From positions 62,001 through 126,000 of the IMG/VR virus record IMGVR_UViG_3300044974_001280: DNA of 64,000 nucleotides. One strand, written 5' to 3'. Made by a program: the position numbers and the translations under genes. The notes beneath the pieces were generated by a model, which saw only the letters and a program-made list of their open reading frames with translations, was not told the origin of the DNA and did no database searches. Of this stretch, positions 57,799-64,000 are shown in pieces. How positions within the stretch are numbered: position 1 is the first letter of the stretch; every line of letters begins with the position of its first letter.

Positions 57799-58485
57799 GT
57801 GTCCAATCCAATTTACGTTGGGATAGATTTTTCTCTTAATTCCCCTGCCTATTGTTTGTATAAAAATGGCAACTACAGTTGGCTGTCTATTACTAGATCA
57901 GATAGAACCCAGCAATCTCTTATTAAATCCGCAATCAAACCCTATTCTGTCTTAGAGCAAATGCCTGATGTGCATTTGCTTTTTTTGAATAAATTGTCAT
58001 TTCCTGATTCTTATCCGGAAAAAGAAAGAGCAAAGATGCAGAACTACATCCAAATTGTAGACACCCTGTGGCATCATCTTATTTCTCAGTTAGAGCCTGA
58101 AGATGAACTAGTGATTGCGATGGAGGGTTTGAGCTTTGCCTCTAACGGAAATTCGTTAATTGATATTTCTATGGCTACGGCCCTACTCAGAGAAAGAATA
58201 ATCACGAGGACTGGCTTCGACAACTTTTATGTTTATTCTCCTACTGCCATTAAAAAATATGCCTATAAGGGAAACTGTAAAAAAGACGAGCTCTATCATG
58301 CCCTGTTAGAAAAAAGAGATCTTGAGACTGGTCTGAACAATTTCTTAGATACATTGAGAGCAGGAGCTTCCACTTGGATCTCATCCAGTAAGGTAGTTCA
58401 AAAGCCTCTCGATGATCTAATCGATGCCACCTGGATCTGTCTATACCTCATGTCATCAGAAAAAAAATTTTCAAAGGATATATAA
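57799..58485 (+). CDS. RuvC-like (RNase H fold) nuclease / Holliday junction resolvase
   Basis: YVGIDFSLNSPA, IAMEGLSF, SPTAIKKYA.KGN.KKD, DDLIDA give the D-E-D-D catalytic set. Confidence 0.75.
   Translation: MSNPIYVGIDFSLNSPAYCLYKNGNYSWLSITRSDRTQQSLIKSAIKPYSVLEQMPDVHLLFLNKLSFPDSYPEKERAKMQNYIQIVDTLWHHLISQLEPEDELVIAMEGLSFASNGNSLIDISMATALLRERIITRTGFDNFYVYSPTAIKKYAYKGNCKKDELYHALLEKRDLETGLNNFLDTLRAGASTWISSSKVVQKPLDDLIDATWICLYLMSSEKKFSKDI
58477..58484 (+). promoter_or_regulatory. putative late promoter GATATATA
   Basis: Overlaps the RuvC-like stop, upstream of gp32. Confidence 0.45.
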
Positions 58486-58550
58486 AAAGGGGTGAAACTT
58501 TTTATTATTCTCTCCATTAAAAGATCAAACTTAAAAAAATTAAAGAAATT

Positions 58551-59549
58551 ATGGAAAATTTAGACATTTTTAATTTAGATTTGGACAATTTTATTACGAA
58601 ATCTAAGGAAAAAGAGGGCAAGGACCTTGAATTCTACAAGCCTTACCCAGAATCAGGTAAAGATGGAGTCTACAAATCTCTCATCAGATTTTTACCCAAT
58701 CAGGCAGATCCTGCCAAATCCAAGATCCACAAATATTATGTGTATTTGACCGATCCAAAAACTGGCGAGGGATTTTCAGTTGACTGTCCATCAACGGTGG
58801 GTAAAAAATCCATCTTAAAAGATATTTTCTGGAAGCTCAAGAATTCACATTCTGCAGCCGATCAGGAATTGGCCAAAGGGTTCAGTCGAAAGGAAGATTA
58901 CTATTCCTTGATTCAAGTTGTTCAGGACAAGAACAATCCAGATCTTGAAGGTAAAATCATGATCTTCAAATTTGGCAAAAAATTAAATGAAACTCTGGAG
59001 GCCCAATTAAAACCCGAATACGGAGAACCCTGTAATCCATTTGATCTGTTTGGAGGTAAACTCTTCTCTGTTCACTCTAGAAAAGTTGGGGAGTGGAACA
59101 ACTACGATCTTTGTTCTTTTGTAGGTGATAAATGTCCTATTGAAATCAATGGCAGAAAAATGAAGAAAACACCGGAAGATATGAGGGTGATCCTTGAATA
59201 CCTGGAAACAGGTCCTAAGAATCTTACCGCCTTCGATTATAGAGAGTGGGACGAGGACACAACTCAAAGGGTAATGAATGTCATTAAAAACACAGTACCC
59301 GATGGAAGGTTAGTCAACGAAATCTTGGCTGGTGTTAACAAATCAGATTCTAAAAGTTCTGGAGGTGGATATTCGGTCCCTACAGCTTCCCCTGTTTACC
59401 AGCCTACGACGAACGACATTTTTGAAGAAGCTTCTTCAACCTCGGTGGGCAAAAGTCCAGAACCCGAAGAAAAGACTAAAGCAGGAATCAAGAGACCATC
59501 TTCACCTGTCTCTGCTTCCACTTTGGATGATCTTTACGCAGATCTTTAA
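58551..59549 (+). CDS. single-stranded DNA-binding protein gp32-like
   Basis: LIRFLP, DCPSTVG, VVQDKNNPDLEGKIMIFKFGKKL, NPFDLFGG, NYD; acidic tail TLDDLYADL. Confidence 0.9.
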   Translation: MENLDIFNLDLDNFITKSKEKEGKDLEFYKPYPESGKDGVYKSLIRFLPNQADPAKSKIHKYYVYLTDPKTGEGFSVDCPSTVGKKSILKDIFWKLKNSHSAADQELAKGFSRKEDYYSLIQVVQDKNNPDLEGKIMIFKFGKKLNETLEAQLKPEYGEPCNPFDLFGGKLFSVHSRKVGEWNNYDLCSFVGDKCPIEINGRKMKKTPEDMRVILEYLETGPKNLTAFDYREWDEDTTQRVMNVIKNTVPDGRLVNEILAGVNKSDSKSSGGGYSVPTASPVYQPTTNDIFEEASSTSVGKSPEPEEKTKAGIKRPSSPVSASTLDDLYADL

Positions 59550-59567
59550 TTTTTAATGTGTTGGGGT

Positions 59568-59602
59568 AAGAGGAGAACCTGGGGAGGTTCTCCTCTTTTT
59601 TT
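59568..59602 (+). terminator. Rho-independent terminator after gp32
   Basis: 13-bp stem AAGAGGAGAACCT / AGGTTCTCCTCTT, GGGG loop, followed by a T-run. Confidence 0.85.
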
Positions 59603-59616
59603 AATTTACAGGATCT

Positions 59617-60681
59617 ATGGAACTAGAAAGAATTAAATCTCTGATTGGACATTCACTCCATAATGCCTTTCCGGGTGAAGGTGGAAAACAGAAAATTTTT
59701 CAAGCCGGTAATAGATTAAATTTTTCTTGTCCCTATTGTGGTGATAGTGACGATGCCAGAAAGAAAAGAGGCAATTTTTACACCAACACTTTTGCCTACA
59801 AATGTTACAACGGAGGATGTGGGGTTTTCAAAGATGGGTACGCTTTTTTTCGCGATTTTGGAGTGGCCTCAGATTTGACTCAAGAAGAAAAAAAAGATAT
59901 TCTAGATATCATTAGAGAAAATAAAGAAAAAAGAAAAACTTTATATGGTTCTTTTGATTTTTCTCTGCTTTTCAATCTTGATTTCAAGAAATATGTCATT
60001 TCCCGAAAGGAATTGATGAAAAGACTTTCTCTAGTGGAAGTAGAAGGTTCTCAAGTCGAATCATATTTACGCCGTAGGAATCAGCCTACAGATCACAGAT
60101 TTGCCTGGGACCCTAAACAGGAGAGATTATTTCTATTTAATTTGACCAATCATAATGAGGTGGTGGGTCTCCAATTGAGAAACATGTCCCTGCAAAAGGG
60201 GGGATCTAAATATTACACTTACAAGTTGTCCGGCATTTGGGAAAAGCTTTTAGGGGTTAGAGATGTCGAGTTCTTGAAACAATGCACAAAGATAGATCCA
60301 GTTTCCCATGTGTTCAACCTCTTTCAGGTTTCTTTTGACCACACCATCACCATCTTCGAGGGGCCAATGGATGCCTGGCTTTGGAAGAATTCAGTTGCCC
60401 TTTGCTCCGTAGAAAACAAATTTCCTTTCGAGTTTGATGATGTCCGATATTGGTATGACTGGGATGATGCAGGCAGAAGGAAAACATCGGAGCTTCTGAC
60501 GCAAGGACATTCTGTTTTTAACTGGAAAAAATTTCTGGAAGAAAATTCTATACCTGAAAATAGAAAATGGGATTTGAATGATCTAGTTAATTATTTGAGA
60601 GAAAAATCAATTAAAATAAAAAGATTCGATGGATACTTTACCTCCGAGGTACTAGATCTAGTTTCGTTCGTTACAACTTAA
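59617..60681 (+). CDS. DNA primase gp61-like
   Basis: Zn ribbon LNFSCPYCGDS...YKCYNGGC; TOPRIM IFEGPMDA, YDWDDAG, WDLND. Confidence 0.9.
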   Translation: MELERIKSLIGHSLHNAFPGEGGKQKIFQAGNRLNFSCPYCGDSDDARKKRGNFYTNTFAYKCYNGGCGVFKDGYAFFRDFGVASDLTQEEKKDILDIIRENKEKRKTLYGSFDFSLLFNLDFKKYVISRKELMKRLSLVEVEGSQVESYLRRRNQPTDHRFAWDPKQERLFLFNLTNHNEVVGLQLRNMSLQKGGSKYYTYKLSGIWEKLLGVRDVEFLKQCTKIDPVSHVFNLFQVSFDHTITIFEGPMDAWLWKNSVALCSVENKFPFEFDDVRYWYDWDDAGRRKTSELLTQGHSVFNWKKFLEENSIPENRKWDLNDLVNYLREKSIKIKRFDGYFTSEVLDLVSFVTT

Positions 60682-60884
60682 TGTTCATCAACTACACACC
60701 AGAGGAGAAACCAAAATCACCTCCCAAACTAAAATTTCCTTGTACCTTGCACGAGGTTCAAGATCTGGACAATTTAGAAAACATTGAAGAAAACTTTCAA
60801 ATGCCAAAACCTGTCAAAAAAGTAAATCGCTGCCAGATGGTAGAGCTAGGAAAAAATAAAAAGAGCAAAGGAGGCTTATTTTAA
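60681..60884 (+). CDS. small hypothetical protein
   Basis: 67 aa, TAATG-coupled to primase. Confidence 0.5.
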   Translation: MFINYTPEEKPKSPPKLKFPCTLHEVQDLDNLENIEENFQMPKPVKKVNRCQMVELGKNKKSKGGLF

Positions 60885-60888
60885 CACT

Positions 60889-61329
60889 ATGTCGTCAGAA
60901 AAAGATTTTGTCAAACTATTCGAAGAGGAAAGAGCCGATTGGAGAGAAAAAATTCAGGGGATTTCGTTCAGTCTTAAAAACATTCATACCGTGGCGGAAG
61001 CCCAGATCGATCTTTTTACTACTCGACAAATCCTGATTGAATATGGCTTTAAGTTAGCAACCATCGTTACCAAACTGTCCTCCAAAGAAAGACAGGAGAG
61101 GGCTAGAAAAATGAAGGATTACCAGGAGAACAAAGATGTTCGGTATGGTTCTAATGATTTAAAAACAATGATAGAGGGTGAGGTGGCCGAGATTAATCAG
61201 AAAATTGAACTAGTTGAGGGCCATAGAAAATATATTGATCAAACAGTTCAAACTGTAGACCATATGCTATATGGGATCCGTCAAAGAATAGCCTTGGAAG
61301 ATTACCTCAGGGGTAATACAATCAAATAA
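60889..61329 (+). CDS. uvsY: UvsY-like recombination mediator
   Basis: 146-aa helical protein directly before UvsW; RYGSNDLKTMIEG...LYGIRQRIALEDY parallels the T4 UvsY C-terminal half. Confidence 0.65.
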   Translation: MSSEKDFVKLFEEERADWREKIQGISFSLKNIHTVAEAQIDLFTTRQILIEYGFKLATIVTKLSSKERQERARKMKDYQENKDVRYGSNDLKTMIEGEVAEINQKIELVEGHRKYIDQTVQTVDHMLYGIRQRIALEDYLRGNTIK

Positions 61330-61338
61330 GGAAAAGAC

Positions 61339-62862
61339 ATGTTAAAATTTTTAGTGTCAGATGATAAACAATGGTTGTTACTGAATTCTTTGACCCCTGA
61401 AGTCGAAAAAAAGCAGGTTGAGATTTCTCTGACCCGAAAGGTAAACAATTGGTTCTTTCATCCCTTGGTAAAGAAAAAACTGTGGGATGGTTCCATCAGT
61501 TTCGTCGATAAAAGAGGACCGGTGTGGAAAGTTCCAACGGGTCTTTGGATGGAGATTCATAAATTAGGAAAAGAATACGGTTACGAGGTGGAGATTGAGG
61601 GACTGGAGGACCTTATTTTTTCAGACCTGACACTGGAGGAATTTACCTCTTGGGTCAATGAATTTTTTGCCAATAAGGAGATGAAACCCAGGGACTACCA
61701 GATTGAGGCAGCCTGGAAGATTGTTAAATTTAGGTATTCTGTGTCGGAGATAGCAACCTCTTCGGGTAAGACACTGATTGCCTTCATGATTTTTGCCTTT
61801 CTCAAGCAGAGGGGCATGATAAAAAAGTTTTTAATTGTAGTTCCTAGTACTAACCTTGTGTTTCAGGGCAATGACGATTTCATTGACTACGGGATCGATG
61901 AATTGGGGGTTAAGATCCAACAGATAGGAGGAGGCAGTAAAATGAGAGAAGGCTGCGATCTGATCATTGGCACCTTTCAATCTCTGGTCAAGCAGGAAAA
62001 GGAATTTTTCGAGGACGTGGATGCTGTTTTTGTGGACGAGTGTCACCATTCCAATTCAGTTTCCATCAAAAAAATTCTATCCAAATGCATGCACACGGGG
62101 TGGAGATTTGGTCTAACCGGAACCTTGACCAATCGGTCTTCTGCCGATCACCTGACCATCCAGCAGTATCTGGGCCCCGTGTTGGTCGAGATCTCTCCTG
62201 ATTTTCTTTTTCGGAACGACCACGCCACCCCTGTTTCTATTAAGGTTGTGATCCTCGATTGGCTAGATCAGGAGATCAAGGATAAACTTGCCCAGTTGAA
62301 ATTCTCTGCCCAGAATTTAGAGGGCAACGACATCTACAACATCGAAAGAAAATTGGTGATAGAGAGTGAAAAAAGAATTTCATATATCGTTGATTTTATT
62401 TCGAAAACATCCAAGAACTCCCTGGTGCTTTTTCAGTCCGTAAAGGATGAATACGGAAAGCAAATCTGGAATAGACTGAGAGAAATAGATAGTACGAAAG
62501 AGGTTTTCTACGTGGATGGAGACACTGATGAAAAATTAAGGGAGGAATACAAAGAGAGAATGAAGGACGGAGAAAATAAGATTCTGGTAGCAACCTTTGG
62601 TACATTTTCAACTGGAATTTCGATCAACAATCTTCATAACATTTTCTTGGTTGAATCATACAAAAGCGAGGTTTTGATCAAGCAAAGTCTGGGCAGGGGT
62701 ATGAGAAAAATGGAGGGCAAGGAGAAAGTGAACGTAATCGATTTTGTGGATGACTTTTCTACTCCTAAATACCTTAACTACCTGATGAAACACGGGGACG
62801 TTCGAATGCAAATTTATAAGAAAGAGAAATTCAAATACAAAGTCTTCAAGGTTAAATTGTGA
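61339..62862 (+). CDS. uvsW: UvsW-like SF2 DNA helicase
   Basis: PRDYQ, ATSSGKT, VDECH, FGLTGT, ATFGTFSTGISINNLHNI, KQSLGRGMR. Confidence 0.92.
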   Translation: MLKFLVSDDKQWLLLNSLTPEVEKKQVEISLTRKVNNWFFHPLVKKKLWDGSISFVDKRGPVWKVPTGLWMEIHKLGKEYGYEVEIEGLEDLIFSDLTLEEFTSWVNEFFANKEMKPRDYQIEAAWKIVKFRYSVSEIATSSGKTLIAFMIFAFLKQRGMIKKFLIVVPSTNLVFQGNDDFIDYGIDELGVKIQQIGGGSKMREGCDLIIGTFQSLVKQEKEFFEDVDAVFVDECHHSNSVSIKKILSKCMHTGWRFGLTGTLTNRSSADHLTIQQYLGPVLVEISPDFLFRNDHATPVSIKVVILDWLDQEIKDKLAQLKFSAQNLEGNDIYNIERKLVIESEKRISYIVDFISKTSKNSLVLFQSVKDEYGKQIWNRLREIDSTKEVFYVDGDTDEKLREEYKERMKDGENKILVATFGTFSTGISINNLHNIFLVESYKSEVLIKQSLGRGMRKMEGKEKVNVIDFVDDFSTPKYLNYLMKHGDVRMQIYKKEKFKYKVFKVKL

Positions 62863-62871
62863 ACAAGTTGG

Positions 62872-62879
62872 GATATATA
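62872..62879 (+). promoter_or_regulatory. putative late promoter GATATATA
   Basis: 19 nt before ATG 62898. Confidence 0.55.
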
Positions 62880-62897
62880 AATCAAAAAATCAGATTT

Positions 62898-63452
62898 ATG
62901 ACTCCCAGATTAAAAAACTTTTCCATGTTTTCTGAGGCAATAAACAGAGAAAGAAGCAGGTTTAGATCCAATTTTGATAAAGAGGACGATTGGAGTAAGT
63001 TCGAAGAAATAGAGAGAAGGATAGAGGATCGATATTCAAGAAAAGAATCGGAAACGGGAATTGGTGAATTTTCAGATTCGGGAGCCAGAGCAAGATTTCA
63101 AGCTATGGCAGAAGATCCGAGTGGAGCTCCGCTAAGATTGGTCCGAATGGGCCTGTCCCTTGTTCAGAAGGTGGCTAAATCTATTGTTGATGTTTTTAAA
63201 ATGCCTTTTAGAGGTGGGGATTCTCTGGAGAGTCTTAAGAGACAAAAGAAAGATATGCTAGAAAAATGGGGTGAAACCATTACAAAAAGTGGCAGAAACA
63301 CAAGAGAAGACTATGAGGATTTCTATAGTAGAGCCTACGATAGTGGCAGAAGAACATTTGGAGATGATTTTGATCTAGATTCTCCCAGCTCTGAAGAAGG
63401 CAGGGTGTATTCAAGTTACATTAAAGGGGCCAGAAGATTTTACGATATTTGA
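62898..63452 (+). CDS. hypothetical protein, probable head-internal protein
   Basis: ATG 62898 (MTPRLKNFSMFSEAINRE) preferred over GTG 62859; highly charged. Confidence 0.55.
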   Translation: MTPRLKNFSMFSEAINRERSRFRSNFDKEDDWSKFEEIERRIEDRYSRKESETGIGEFSDSGARARFQAMAEDPSGAPLRLVRMGLSLVQKVAKSIVDVFKMPFRGGDSLESLKRQKKDMLEKWGETITKSGRNTREDYEDFYSRAYDSGRRTFGDDFDLDSPSSEEGRVYSSYIKGARRFYDI

Positions 63453-63454
63453 GC

Positions 63455-64000
63455 ATGATTTATACCTACACACAATATATGGAATTAAATGAAGGAGGGG
63501 CTGCTATTGGCAGTTCTAGAAAGATCCGAGAGGATGAAGTGGCCAAAACTTTGACCCACTTAGGGGAAGCCCTTTTTCCCTTGCTGGGCGATGGAAAATT
63601 AAACAGGGACTTTTTGCTCATTGGCAGCATTGGAAAAAAAGAAAGTCCAGATGACACTTCCGGGGACGTGGATTTGGGAGTTTCTAAACCCTTCCTGGCC
63701 CAAAAATGGGGTGTTCCTGAATCCAAGGTGTTGGATGTAATGACCGAGAAACTGAAGGACCAACTCCCCGACATTTTGGGTTACAAACCGGAGATCAAAA
63801 TGTTTAAAGGGATCAACATAGTCAGCGTTGAATGGCCCATTGAGGGGAACATCAAGAACGGCACGGTTCAACTTGATCTGATTCCAATTGCGGATATGGA
63901 TTGGGCTAAATTTATTTTTTACTCCCCGGACCAGAGAAAAAAAGAATCCAAGTATAAATCTGCCCACAGGAATTGGCTTTTCCAGGCCATTCTTTCGGCC
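63455..64000 (+). CDS. Pol-beta-superfamily nucleotidyltransferase, truncated by window end
   Basis: Manually translated open frame MIYTYTQYMELNEGGAAIG...LLIGSIGKKESPDDTSGDVDLGV...VQLDLI...SAHRNWLFQAILSA; hGS-x(n)-DhDh plus third Asp; no stop in window so absent from the ORF track. Confidence 0.75.
   Translation, partial: MIYTYTQYMELNEGGAAIGSSRKIREDEVAKTLTHLGEALFPLLGDGKLNRDFLLIGSIGKKESPDDTSGDVDLGVSKPFLAQKWGVPESKVLDVMTEKLKDQLPDILGYKPEIKMFKGINIVSVEWPIEGNIKNGTVQLDLIPIADMDWAKFIFYSPDQRKKESKYKSAHRNWLFQAILSA

Noticed and set aside
1-64000. Stop-codon reassignment as in some jumbo phages
   Set aside because: Standard-code ORFs tile the window densely (up to 3778 aa) and both TAG and TGA end genes right before the next start or promoter.
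1-64000. tRNA/rRNA genes, integrase or transposase, inteins, major capsid, sheath, terminase
   Set aside because: No cloverleaf-like intergenic sequence or diagnostic motifs were seen and intergenic gaps are mostly very short; these genes presumably lie outside the window. A tRNAscan/Infernal run would be needed to exclude small RNAs.

Overview
The window is a gene-dense, almost entirely + strand, AT-rich segment of a large T4-like (myovirus / jumbo-type) bacteriophage read in the standard code. It contains: (i) a left accessory block (3' end of an asparagine-synthetase-like gene, GT25-like glycosyltransferase, Nudix hydrolase, hypotheticals); (ii) a long baseplate/neck/tail cluster (gp48/54-like, gp53, gp27-like hub, minimal gp5/gpV spike, gp13, gp25, gp6, gp7-like) interrupted by a ribosomal protein S1-like gene, an amidoligase-like gene and phoH; (iii) very large modular fibre/adhesin genes, including a 3778-aa mucin-repeat/vWA/Cys-module protein and two collagen-containing fibre paralogues; (iv) a T4-type replication/recombination block (RuvC-like nuclease, gp32, gp61, UvsY, UvsW), ending in a truncated Pol-beta-type nucleotidyltransferase. 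A (G/A)ATA(T/A)ATA motif precedes many operons and is probably the late promoter. A Bacteroidota host is inferred from SD-less A-rich leaders, Reg_prop-type propellers and DUF1566. The most notable unexplained signals are a G-x-T-G motif strongly enriched across unrelated virion proteins (possible virion glycosylation system), T4 capsid-targeting-like N-termini on several proteins including a nucleotidyltransferase, the phage bS1, and visible domain-insertion events in the fibre genes. All family calls come from motif recognition by eye; no searches were run.
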